DNA from: Oscillospiraceae bacterium
Lineage (GTDB): Bacteria > Bacillota > Clostridia > Oscillospirales > CAG-272
DNA length: 64,000 nt
NCBI GenBank assembly: GCA_015064885.1
Contig: SVRJ01000006.1
Location: forward strand, 3,990-67,989
Direction of reading: 5' to 3'
The translations under genes were made by a program, and so were the position numbers. Below the pieces are notes generated by a model. That model worked only from the letters and a program-made list of their open reading frames with translations, ran no database searches and had not been told where the DNA came from. Positions 1-8,674 of the stretch are shown here, piece by piece (position 1 is the first letter of the stretch; each line of letters starts with the position of its first letter).

Positions 1-3000
1 TGCATAAAGCTCGGCTACCTGCTTTTCCATACGGACGGTCACGTTTGACATGCCCTTACTGTTAAGGTGGCTTATATCTCCTACCGCCTTTGAATAAAGC
101 TCACGGAAGGAAACGTCATTCATGTCGACTCCGGATATGCTTGTATCTGCGGCATTTATTATCGAAACGTAATCAAGCTTCAGCTGCTTTTGGTACTCTA
201 CCATCTTCATAGCGTAATTATACGTAACGTAGCTTGAATTGTCCTTGTAGTTCCACGGTGTTACAAGAATAATAAGAGCGTTCGGGTATTTCTTATGAAG
301 CCCCTCTATCATTATATTCAGCGCTCCGCATAAAGTTTTACTGTCTCTGCTATCAAAGTCACCGTAAGGAACCTTCTGATTTCTGTCGTTTCGTCCGCCC
401 TCAAGAATGATTATATCCGCATCGCCGTTCTGCATTGACGTATATCTTATTACCATCGGATTGTTTGTAGAAACGTTGGCTATAGTGCTTCCTCCGATAC
501 CGTAATTGATATGGGACATATTGTACTTTCTTGCTATCTCGGAGGGCCACGTATAATAATGGCCGAGACCCGAGCCCTGGAAATAACTATCACCTATAGC
601 ATACATGGTAAGGCCCTCGAGTATATCCGAGTAATAATTGCCCTCACTCTGAGTCTTCACGAGAGTCTTAAGCCCGTCTGCCGACGCCTTCTCGGCAGAA
701 AGCGACGCCGCAGTGTATTTTGAGATCTCGGTACTGTCTCCCACGTAGTACGTCTTCTCTCCGTTTATCGGATAAAGCGTGGTGAGATATGCGTACACCT
801 CAAAAAGAGCCTGACCGCTTGCATTCGTATATGCGCAAACAGTATTTTTGAGTTTTTCTCCCTTTGCCAGTGAATATGCACTTTCACTGTCTGTGAGAAG
901 GAGTGTAGAATAATCGTCGGGAGAATATCCCTCGTTCGTGCTTATCCTGCAGCTGTATTCCTTGTCTCCGACACTGATCTTTATCTCGCTTTCACCTTCA
1001 GAAATAAGAGCAGTATCTTCTGCGATAAATACAGGACACATTATAACGGGAATATTGGGAGATCCCTGAGATGCGCGTATTGAGAGTCTGACGTATTCGT
1101 TGTCCTTTCTCGAGGTGTATCTGAACACTCTGAAATTATGGTCGGAGGTAATATAGGTGTCAAGATCCTTGCTCTCGATTCCCCTCGGGGAAACTATTTT
1201 CTTACCCTCACTGTCCCAGAAGGAAAACGCATATCCTTCTGTTCCGAGATATGTGTACGCGTCGCTTCCTATCTTTGCGGTATCCATAAAGTATATAACG
1301 GTACCCGCCTTTTCGAGATGTATAACGTCACTGTAAAGGAAGCCGTCCTTACCCGCGTTAATACTGCCCGAGGAGGTAACGTATCCTCTGTTCCACGATA
1401 CGTCTATAGGCTTTATATTCTCGCTTACAAGGCCCTTGCTGTTTTCGAGGCTTCCTCTGAAGTATTCGTCGTAATCCGGAAACGCATTTTCCCAGGTTCC
1501 CTTGGCACCGCTCCCGATCTCTTTTATCGCTATTACCGGAACGTATGAGGTTCTGGATTTCTGCATTGTGAATCTGATATATTCATTATCATCCGACGTA
1601 ATATATTTATAGACAGACATATCGCTCTTTTCGTTGTAGGTCTCAAATACCGTATTTCCGGACGCAGGATTTCCTACAAAGGTAGCTTTGCTGTAATCTA
1701 CAGACTTTCCGTCAGCTCCGTATGAGGAGAGAACCGCTATATCGTCTCTTGCCGGATTCGCCACCATAACGATAACCTGCGTACCCGCCTTAGGAATATG
1801 TATTGCCTCGCTCACGATATGTTCCTCAAAAACGTCACCGATATCAACGCTCATACTATCGTTTACCGTATCAAGAGTCATAAGACCCTTTTTGCCCGAC
1901 TCTGTAAAAGGTGAAGAAACGTAACCGGGAAGCCAAAGGGTATCCGTAATATAGGTCATTTTTCCCGGCATCTCGGTGTGAAGCCTATCAAACGAACCCT
2001 TGAAATAGTTTTCGTCAACCTTATAAGTAATAGAAAGCGATTGATTTTCTGCGGGAACACAAAGTCTTATTATCTCATTATCAAATGAGGTCGTATACTC
2101 AAATTCATGAGATTTTCCGCCGTTTACCCTCTGTATTCCGTCCTTACCCGTAACTATGGCGTTATAGTTTGACGAACCGGTATTATTCTTGTAAAGTCCG
2201 TCCTCCGCAAGGTACCACGAGGTAAGAGATGCTACGTCGTATGAATACTCACCGCTTACGGTATACGTTATCGTAGTTCCTTTTTTGGGGATGACTATAT
2301 TCTGCGTGGTCTTAAATTCCGTATCCGAATAGTCAAGTGAAAGCTTATATCCCTTTGTGTTATTTATACTTCCCACACTTCCCGGAAGAAGGAGAACGTC
2401 GGTAGCAATACCCTGACCGCTTTCGGGTAGAGTATACGGAGTATCAAGCTTTGCGGTGGTAGCGTCTGAGGATCCGCTGCAGACGGAAACAGCTGCAGAT
2501 TCAGCTTGCCCTACAAACACGCATATACGCACGTATTCCACGTCTGCGCTTGTGGTATATGAATATGAGCCGTCGGTCGCTATAACGTAATCACACGGCT
2601 TGAATTGAGGAGCCCTTCTGTCAAGAGAATAGGTACCGTCTTTGTTATCGCTCCAATGCGAAATAACGAACACATTTTCCTTTCCCTCGGGGATTGCCTC
2701 GATTCCGCTGACAGAAAGAGTTATACCCTTACCGTCAAGCCGTACGATCTCGCTCGTATAGAATCCGCTTTCCTCATCCTCGACAAAAGCCCCCGAATGC
2801 GTAAGGCCGGAGAGTGTTTTTCCGTCTCCTATATTCTCAAAAGAGCCTACGTATCCCTTTTCCCATGAGAGTGTAAGCTCCTGAGGCTTTGGACTGAGAT
2901 GGTTTCCGTCTACTGTCGTAACATCACCCTCACCGTCCTTACACGAATAAAGGACCGCAGAAAGCAGGATACAAAGTGCAAGAGCAAATGCAGATCTTAT

Positions 3001-3012
3001 TATTTTTTTCAT
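1..3012 (-). CDS. Multidomain secreted lipoprotein with a C-terminal SGNH/GDSL-type hydrolase (esterase/lipase) domain. Partial: the C-terminus lies beyond the left edge.
   Basis: Not in the ORF track because there is no stop inside the window. My hand translation of the reverse strand is open from ATG 3012..3010 (AAAGGAG 7 nt upstream) down to base 1, which is 1004 codons. The N-terminus MKKIIIRSAFALALCILLSAVLYSC is a signal peptide with a lipobox-like Cys. The last ~200 aa carry the SGNH blocks: AIGDSYFQG (Ser codon 588..586), GIGGSTI, LEGGRND and DISH (Asp 78..76, His 69..67). Four divergent upstream modules each end in a (D)NE(Y/I)(V/I)R motif. Confidence 0.8.
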   Translation of the reverse strand, partial: MKKIIRSAFALALCILLSAVLYSCKDGEGDVTTVDGNHLSPKPQELTLSWEKGYVGSFENIGDGKTLSGLTHSGAFVEDEESGFYTSEIVRLDGKGITLSVSGIEAIPEGKENVFVISHWSDNKDGTYSLDRRAPQFKPCDYVIATDGSYSYTTSADVEYVRICVFVGQAESAAVSVCSGSSDATTAKLDTPYTLPESGQGIATDVLLLPGSVGSINNTKGYKLSLDYSDTEFKTTQNIVIPKKGTTITYTVSGEYSYDVASLTSWYLAEDGLYKNNTGSSNYNAIVTGKDGIQRVNGGKSHEFEYTTSFDNEIIRLCVPAENQSLSITYKVDENYFKGSFDRLHTEMPGKMTYITDTLWLPGYVSSPFTESGKKGLMTLDTVNDSMSVDIGDVFEEHIVSEAIHIPKAGTQVIVMVANPARDDIAVLSSYGADGKSVDYSKATFVGNPASGNTVFETYNEKSDMSVYKYITSDDNEYIRFTMQKSRTSYVPVIAIKEIGSGAKGTWENAFPDYDEYFRGSLENSKGLVSENIKPIDVSWNRGYVTSSGSINAGKDGFLYSDVIHLEKAGTVIYFMDTAKIGSDAYTYLGTEGYAFSFWDSEGKKIVSPRGIESKDLDTYITSDHNFRVFRYTSRKDNEYVRLSIRASQGSPNIPVIMCPVFIAEDTALISEGESEIKISVGDKEYSCRISTNEGYSPDDYSTLLLTDSESAYSLAKGEKLKNTVCAYTNASGQALFEVYAYLTTLYPINGEKTYYVGDSTEISKYTAASLSAEKASADGLKTLVKTQSEGNYYSDILEGLTMYAIGDSYFQGSGLGHYYTWPSEIARKYNMSHINYGIGGSTIANVSTNNPMVIRYTSMQNGDADIIILEGGRNDRNQKVPYGDFDSRDSKTLCGALNIMIEGLHKKYPNALIILVTPWNYKDNSSYVTYNYAMKMVEYQKQLKLDYVSIINAADTSISGVDMNDVSFRELYSKAVGDISHLNSKGMSNVTVRMEKQVAELYA

Positions 3013-3096
3013 TTTGGTATGCTCCTTTCAAAAAAGGCAGACGGGTATCCTTACCCATCTGCCAAGCTTTTCTTCACAAAGCTCGGTTACGAGCAA

Positions 3097-4362
3097 TTAT
3101 AAGAAGAACATTATTATAAACTGTGAGCAAAGCACTACCGATATAAGAGCTATCGGGTAAGTGGATGCGTAAGCCGCCGCAACGTCTTCTGTTCCGGCAA
3201 CGCTGATAAGCGTACCGAGGGCGGGAGTCGAGGTCATACCGCCGGTGATAGAACCGAGAGTATTGAGAAGGTTCAACTTAAGAATGAACTTTGCAAAGAT
3301 GAATCCTATTATCATAGGTACAAGTGTCATTACCGCACCGTAGAGGAAGTATACGGGCTGGAAGTACTGAACGAACTTTGCTCCGCCCGCAACACCCGCT
3401 CCGATAAGGAACATCATAAGTCCGAATTCTCTGAATACCTTAAGAGTCTGAACGGGAGGCATCACCTTGATAGGTCCGAAATGAGAGAAGTGACCGAAGA
3501 CGAGAGCTGTAAGCAGACATCCGCCTGTGGTCGTAAGCGAGAACGCACCGAATTTTATCGAGCCGAGGAGCATACCGATTATAGCGGCTATAGCGAAGGG
3601 GGCTATACCGAAGCCGTCTATTTCAATAAGCTTTCTTGTCTGCTTTGTCTCTATCGGTTCATCGCCCGAAGCGCCTGCGGACTTATCAGCTCCTGCGAGC
3701 TTTGCGCGTTCGGCCGCCATATCCGCTTTAAGAAACTTAGGAATAAGCTGAACGAAGAGAACAACTCCTATAACACCGAATATATAAGCGATACCGTTAC
3801 CCACAGATACCTTGTCTGCAAGCTCTGCGCCTACCGCTTCCTTTGCCGCCGAAAAAGCGGGTGTCGACGTGAGTGCTCCTGCAAAGAGTCCCACCATAAT
3901 AGAGATAAGGTCCTCCCTCGGAACGTCCATAGTAGAGAGTGCGATCGCGGTACATCCTACGCACGCAAGAGCGCCGGATACGATTATCACAACACCGAGA
4001 AGAATATATGTTTTAAAGTTGCGCTTAAGATCTCCAAAGAATTTGGGACCTGCAATAAAGCCAACTGAGGTTACAAAAAGAATAAGTCCTATATTTTCAA
4101 CTATCTTCAGAACGTTACCTGCATAGTTCTCGGGCTTTGCCATCCCTTCCGCCATCACAGTAAACTGTCCTTCAAAGAAAGAGTAAAAGAGAGCTCCGTA
4201 AAGAAGAGCTACGAGAAAAACGCCCGCAGTGCCGAGGTTGACACCCTTTATCGTTATTCTGCCGACGAGATAACCGACTGCCGCTATAGCGAGCAAAGAA
4301 AAAACAAGAAACGAAACGCCCTTTACTGAAAGCTCAACGGCGCCGAATTTTATAAGTTCCAT
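3097..4362 (-). CDS. AAE-family (aspartate:alanine exchanger, YidE/YbjL-type) dicarboxylate carrier. Short form without the central TrkA-C domains.
   Basis: 421-aa polytopic membrane protein with two homologous halves (GVNLGTAGVFLVALLYG / SLTTTGGCLLTALVFGHF) joined by a ~40-aa charged linker. A GGAGG RBS lies 6 nt before the ATG at 4362. It sits directly downstream of the frdA-like gene. Confidence 0.7.
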   Translation of the reverse strand: MELIKFGAVELSVKGVSFLVFSLLAIAAVGYLVGRITIKGVNLGTAGVFLVALLYGALFYSFFEGQFTVMAEGMAKPENYAGNVLKIVENIGLILFVTSVGFIAGPKFFGDLKRNFKTYILLGVVIIVSGALACVGCTAIALSTMDVPREDLISIMVGLFAGALTSTPAFSAAKEAVGAELADKVSVGNGIAYIFGVIGVVLFVQLIPKFLKADMAAERAKLAGADKSAGASGDEPIETKQTRKLIEIDGFGIAPFAIAAIIGMLLGSIKFGAFSLTTTGGCLLTALVFGHFSHFGPIKVMPPVQTLKVFREFGLMMFLIGAGVAGGAKFVQYFQPVYFLYGAVMTLVPMIIGFIFAKFILKLNLLNTLGSITGGMTSTPALGTLISVAGTEDVAAAYASTYPIALISVVLCSQFIIMFFL

Positions 4363-4401
4363 TTAAATGCCTCCGATAGATCAGTTATAATAGTTTACGC
4401 A

Positions 4402-4433
4402 ACGCACACCCTGCCTCTCGGCAGGGCGTGCGT
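4402..4433 (-). promoter_or_regulatory. Intercistronic GC-rich stem-loop between the frdA-like gene and the carrier gene. It has no U-tract.
   Basis: acgcacaccctgcc-tctc-ggcagggcgtgcgt forms a 14-bp stem with one mismatch or wobble. It sits in the only sizeable gap (91 nt) of the cluster. Neither strand has a T-run after it. Confidence 0.4.
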
Positions 4434-4453
4434 ATATTTAGCGTAAGATAGGA

Positions 4454-6085
4454 TCACTTTGCTTCGAACTTGGGGTTTCCGTGTGTATATCTGGGAAGAA
4501 GTATGGGAGATACCTTATCCGTCTTGATACCTGCTTCCGCAAGCTCCTTTGCAAAGTCGTCAACGTGAGAAAGCGTGAGCTTTCCTACAGTAGTATTCTT
4601 TGCAGCAAGTGCCGCATTTACACCTGCGTTTCTACCAAATACGATAATATCGAGGAGCGAGTTACCCATAAGTCTGTTCTCACCGTGGATACCGCCGACA
4701 GCCTCACCTGCAACGAAGAGGTTTTCAACGTCGGACATACCGTTTGCACCTATCTTGATACCGCCGTTCTGATAGTGGAGAGTGGGGTATATAAGGATAG
4801 GCTGCTTGCGCATATCTATACCGTACTTGAGATACATACGCATCATAGCGGGAATTCTCTTCTCGATAGTTCCCTCTCCGTGGAGCTTTTCTATCATCGG
4901 AGAGTCGAGCCAGATTCCGTAACCGCCATCGGGTGTCTTAACGCCCTTTCCTCTTTCCTTGCATTCACGAATAATGGATGCAGCCGAAACGTCACGTGTT
5001 TCGAGAGGATTCATAAATGCTTCGCCGTCAGCATTGATAAGCTGTGCACCGATAGATCTTACCTTCTCTGTAACGAGAGCACCGAAGATCTGAGAGGGGT
5101 ATGCAACGCCCGTCGGGTGATACTGAAGCGTGTAAGCGTAAAGGAGAGGAGCACCTGCTCTGTAAGCGAGAACGAGACCGTCTGCTGTTGCACCGTAGTG
5201 GTTTGATGTCGGGAAGCCCTGATAGTGCATACGGCCCGCACCGCCCGTAGCGATAACTACAGTCTTTGCTCTTGCTATTCTGATCTCCTTGGTCTCCATG
5301 TTGAGGAGGACAGCACCTGCCGCCTTACCATCTTCATCCTTGATGATCTCGATAGCTGCCGTAAAATCAACTACCGTGATATTTCTGTTTATTACCTCGT
5401 CACGGAGAACTCTCATGATCTCTGCGCCCGAGTAGTCCTTACATGCGTGCATTCTCTTTCTGGAGGTACCGCCGCCGTGAGTTGTAACCATTGTTCCGTC
5501 AGGCTCTTTATCAAACATAACGCCGAGGTCGTTGAGCCACTTTATAGAGCTCGGACCCTCTGTTACGAGCTTTTCGAGGAGCTCGGGAACGTTCTTGAAG
5601 TGACCGCCTCCGAGAGCGTCGATATAGTGGATAGCGGGAGAGTCGTTCGGCTTATCCGCTGCCTGAATACCGCCCTCAGCCATCATGGTGTTTGCGTCAC
5701 CGTGGCGGAGCTTTGTAACGATCATAGCGTTTGCTCCGTTCTCGTGAGCCATAATAGCAGCTGCGCTTCCCGCACCGCCGCCACCGATTATAAGAACGTC
5801 AACGTCATAATCGGGGTTTGAGAGATCAATATCCGCGGGGTTGATCCTGCTGTTAGCCTGAAGAATATCCGCAAGCTCGAGCGGAACCTTTTCTCCCTTG
5901 TTGGGACCCATCTTAAGGGTTGCGAACTGAGAGGTAATGTGGTCGGGATGGAAAGCCGCAAGAACTGCTTCCTTCTCATCTGCGGTCATACGGCGGGGGT
6001 TTTCTCCGGCGTTTACCTTGGCAAGTCTCGCTTCACGAGTTGCTTCAACCTTTTTTATAGATTCGAGCATATCCTGTGTATACAT
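4454..6085 (-). CDS. Fumarate reductase/succinate dehydrogenase-superfamily flavoprotein (FrdA/TfrA-like, soluble type)
   Basis: 543 aa. FAD dinucleotide fold VDVLIIGGGGAGSAAAI. By-eye alignment to E. coli FrdA retains QYHPTG, TEKVRS (catalytic Arg), PTLHYQNGG and GENRLMGNSL. AAGGAGGAA RBS. Confidence 0.8.
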   Translation of the reverse strand: MYTQDMLESIKKVEATREARLAKVNAGENPRRMTADEKEAVLAAFHPDHITSQFATLKMGPNKGEKVPLELADILQANSRINPADIDLSNPDYDVDVLIIGGGGAGSAAAIMAHENGANAMIVTKLRHGDANTMMAEGGIQAADKPNDSPAIHYIDALGGGHFKNVPELLEKLVTEGPSSIKWLNDLGVMFDKEPDGTMVTTHGGGTSRKRMHACKDYSGAEIMRVLRDEVINRNITVVDFTAAIEIIKDEDGKAAGAVLLNMETKEIRIARAKTVVIATGGAGRMHYQGFPTSNHYGATADGLVLAYRAGAPLLYAYTLQYHPTGVAYPSQIFGALVTEKVRSIGAQLINADGEAFMNPLETRDVSAASIIRECKERGKGVKTPDGGYGIWLDSPMIEKLHGEGTIEKRIPAMMRMYLKYGIDMRKQPILIYPTLHYQNGGIKIGANGMSDVENLFVAGEAVGGIHGENRLMGNSLLDIIVFGRNAGVNAALAAKNTTVGKLTLSHVDDFAKELAEAGIKTDKVSPILLPRYTHGNPKFEAK

Positions 6086-6098
6086 ATTGGCTTCCTCC

Positions 6099-6773
6099 TT
6101 ACTTTTCTATCTCTCTCGTATTGTAAAGCTCCTTGAGCTCCTCGAGAGGCTTCTGCATAAGCGATTCAACGAGTGCCTTGAAGTCACCGTTGAGTATCTC
6201 CTGAACTCTTGCCTCGAGATGCTCTGAGGTGGGAGCGAGATACTTACCCGTAAGTCTGCGGGCAAGCATACCTACCTGAGGATGTGTGATACCCGCAGGA
6301 CAACGGGAGGAGCAGACTCCGCACATTACGCAGTCGAATGACTCCTCTGCGCAAGCCTCGAGATCGCCTCTCTGAGCGTATGCTATGTACTGCATTACGT
6401 TAAGGCCCTGAGTACATACCTTTGTACAAGCGTTACAGCCTATACAGGAATATATCTCGGGATAGAGCTGCATCATAACGCGCTCTGTGGGCTTTACGTT
6501 TTCGATGTCGTACGGCTGCTTTACAAGCGGGAAGAAAGGAAGTGTTGCAACGTACATATTGTCTTCGACCTGTGTCTGACAAGCGAGGCACGCCTTGAGC
6601 TCTCTGTCTCCCTTTATTCTGTAGATCGTTGCGCAAGCTCCGCAGAAGCCGCAACGGCATCCGCATCCGCGAACGAGCTGATATCCGGCATATTCCATAG
6701 CGCCCATTATTGTGAGGCTTGCCGGTACTGTATACTGTTTACCGAAAAGGTATACGTTAACTGTTTGTTCCAT
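6099..6773 (-). CDS. FrdB/SdhB-like iron-sulfur subunit (2Fe-2S-like N-terminal domain plus two 4Fe-4S motifs)
   Basis: 224 aa. Cys cluster CGCRCGFCGACA...CLAC followed by CIGCNACTKVC and CVMCGVCSSRCP. It ends 13 nt before the frdA-like start. Confidence 0.7.
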   Translation of the reverse strand: MEQTVNVYLFGKQYTVPASLTIMGAMEYAGYQLVRGCGCRCGFCGACATIYRIKGDRELKACLACQTQVEDNMYVATLPFFPLVKQPYDIENVKPTERVMMQLYPEIYSCIGCNACTKVCTQGLNVMQYIAYAQRGDLEACAEESFDCVMCGVCSSRCPAGITHPQVGMLARRLTGKYLAPTSEHLEARVQEILNGDFKALVESLMQKPLEELKELYNTREIEK

Positions 6774-6809
6774 TATTTGCGTTTCCTTTCAAATCAAGAT
6801 TGCAGATCA

Positions 6810-7643
6810 TCAATATTCATCCGGAAGCTCTCCGAGCTCATCGCAACGGAATACCGGTCCGTCCTTACATACGTACTTGTCGCCGATGTTGCAGCGTCCG
6901 CACTTACCGACGCCGCACTTCATCTTAAGCTCCATAGTCGTAAACACCTGGGTCTTGCTGAAGCCCATTTCCATAAGTCCCTGAAGAGTGAACTTGATCA
7001 TTATGGGAGGACCGCAGAGAAGGACTGTTTTGTTTGTCGGGAATTCAAGCTCCTTTACGTAGCTGGGAACGAATCCTACGTGGCCGTCCCAACCGTCCTG
7101 AGGACGGTCTATTGTGAGGTGAACGTCAACGCCCGCCTCGTTCATCCATTCGTCGATGATCTCCTTATAGTCAACGAGGTCATCCATAGAACGCGAACCG
7201 TAAACGATATCTATCTTTCCGTATCTGTCGCGATAGTGGCGGCAGTAATTGATAACCGAACGGAGAGGAGCAAGTCCGATACCGCCCGCGATAAAGAGGA
7301 GATCCTGTCCTTTAAGAGCAGTATCAACGGGAAAAGCATTTCCGTAGGGGCCTCTTATCGTTATCTGCTGACCTACGTCCATGAGGTGGAGCCAATTTGT
7401 AAGGCATCCGCACTTCTTTATACTGAACTCCATATACTCGGTATTTGTGGGAGAAGAGGTTATAGAGAACATAGCCTCACCCACACCGGGGATAGAGAGC
7501 ATTGCGCACTGACCGGGCATATGCTCAAAGCACTTTCCCTTTCCGTCAGCCGAAACCACTCTGAAGGTCTTTACGTCGGGGGTATCTATTCTGATATCGG
7601 TAACGACGCCTAACATAGGTATGAGAGTATCATTCTGTATCAT
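6810..7643 (-). CDS. FAD/NAD(P)H-binding oxidoreductase with a C-terminal [2Fe-2S] (FlxA / AsrB / HydG / PyrK family)
   Basis: 277 aa. NAD-binding motif LLFIAGGIGLAPLRSV. C-terminal KCGVGKCGRCNIG cluster motif typical of the PyrK/AsrB type. Its start overlaps the stop of the upstream gene (ATGA). Confidence 0.75.
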   Translation of the reverse strand: MIQNDTLIPMLGVVTDIRIDTPDVKTFRVVSADGKGKCFEHMPGQCAMLSIPGVGEAMFSITSSPTNTEYMEFSIKKCGCLTNWLHLMDVGQQITIRGPYGNAFPVDTALKGQDLLFIAGGIGLAPLRSVINYCRHYRDRYGKIDIVYGSRSMDDLVDYKEIIDEWMNEAGVDVHLTIDRPQDGWDGHVGFVPSYVKELEFPTNKTVLLCGPPIMIKFTLQGLMEMGFSKTQVFTTMELKMKCGVGKCGRCNIGDKYVCKDGPVFRCDELGELPDEY

Positions 7644-8674
7644 TCTGCTTTACCTCCTTTGGCAAGCTCGCGGATAACACCCGCTATGTTCTTTGATACG
7701 GGGCAGGACGCCACGCATCTTCCGCAGCCTACGCAACCGAATATTCCTTCATTATTATTAGGATAATATACGAGCTTATGCATAAATCTCTGGCGGAAGC
7801 GTTCTGTCTGAGTAAGTCTGGGGTTTCCGTGCGCCATCTTTGTAAAGTCTGAATACATGCAGCTGTCCCAGCATCTGAATCTCTTTACTCCGTGACCGGT
7901 GTCGAACTCTCTTATATCATAGCACTGACACGTGGGGCAAACGTAGGTACACGTTCCGCAGCCGAGGCAGGCTTCTGACATATGGAGCCACTTGTCCGAA
8001 TAGAAGAGCTCCTTAAGCTCCTTGTCACTGATCTTATCGAGAGGAAGATCCGCAAGGGGAAGCTTATCAAGTATCTTTTTAGTATTGTTCTTTGTTTCGG
8101 TAAGCTCGCTTGCATCTGCGTCCTCGCATACAGAGTCGATAGCCGCGCAAAGCTCGTTTGCCTTATCGCTGTTACACTCAATATAGAGGTAGTCGCCGCT
8201 TATCCATGCACACGCATCTGCATCGGGCTCTGTGGGGTCTATTCCGAAGGCGGTGCAGAAGCAGGTCTCGGCAGGTCTTGTGCATGCGAGAGAAACGATT
8301 ATACCGTTCTCGCGGCGTGTCTTATAGAACGAGTCGACCGGATCTGTGAGGAATACTCTGTCGAGTATTTTCGTGCTTGCCGCATCGCACGCGCGAACAC
8401 CGAAGACTACGTACTTTTCGTCAAGGTCCTCTTCTACGGAAGGAAGGATCTCTATATTCTTACCGTCCACCTTAAAGTCAACTATGTTTTCGCTCTGGGG
8501 GAAGTAGAAATCCTTTACCGATCTTCCGCTGTTCACGTAATCGTAAGTAAGCTCTCCTTCACCGAATTTTTTGAATTCAACGCTATGCTCGCACTTTGTG
8601 GGAACGTAGAGGTTTCTCGTCTCCGCTATTTTTTCAAAGAGGGCGGAAGCGTTTGAAAGTTTGATCTTTTTCAT
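7640..8674 (-). CDS. Iron-sulfur protein of the AsrA / HydB / FlxB type (2x[4Fe-4S])
   Basis: 344 aa. Motifs CLGCGTCTYVCPTCQCYD and CVGCGRCVASCP. It is a paralogue of the next gene upstream. TGATG stop/start overlap at 8674. Confidence 0.7.
   Translation of the reverse strand: MKKIKLSNASALFEKIAETRNLYVPTKCEHSVEFKKFGEGELTYDYVNSGRSVKDFYFPQSENIVDFKVDGKNIEILPSVEEDLDEKYVVFGVRACDAASTKILDRVFLTDPVDSFYKTRRENGIIVSLACTRPAETCFCTAFGIDPTEPDADACAWISGDYLYIECNSDKANELCAAIDSVCEDADASELTETKNNTKKILDKLPLADLPLDKISDKELKELFYSDKWLHMSEACLGCGTCTYVCPTCQCYDIREFDTGHGVKRFRCWDSCMYSDFTKMAHGNPRLTQTERFRQRFMHKLVYYPNNNEGIFGCVGCGRCVASCPVSKNIAGVIRELAKGGKAE

Noticed and set aside
4454-6085. The FrdA-like protein as L-aspartate oxidase (NadB) or APS reductase AprA
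   Set aside because: It is coupled to a FrdB-like Fe-S subunit, which NadB lacks, and it sits in a cluster with fumarase. It is much shorter than AprA, and no sat/aprB/qmoC-type genes are present. I cannot fully exclude these alternatives without a phylogeny.
6810-8674. Possible anaerobic sulfite reductase AsrA/AsrB
   Set aside because: The two proteins belong to the AsrA/AsrB-like families. However, no AsrC (siroheme catalytic subunit) is present, and they are translationally coupled to the mvhD/hdrA genes. The Flx-type interpretation fits better.
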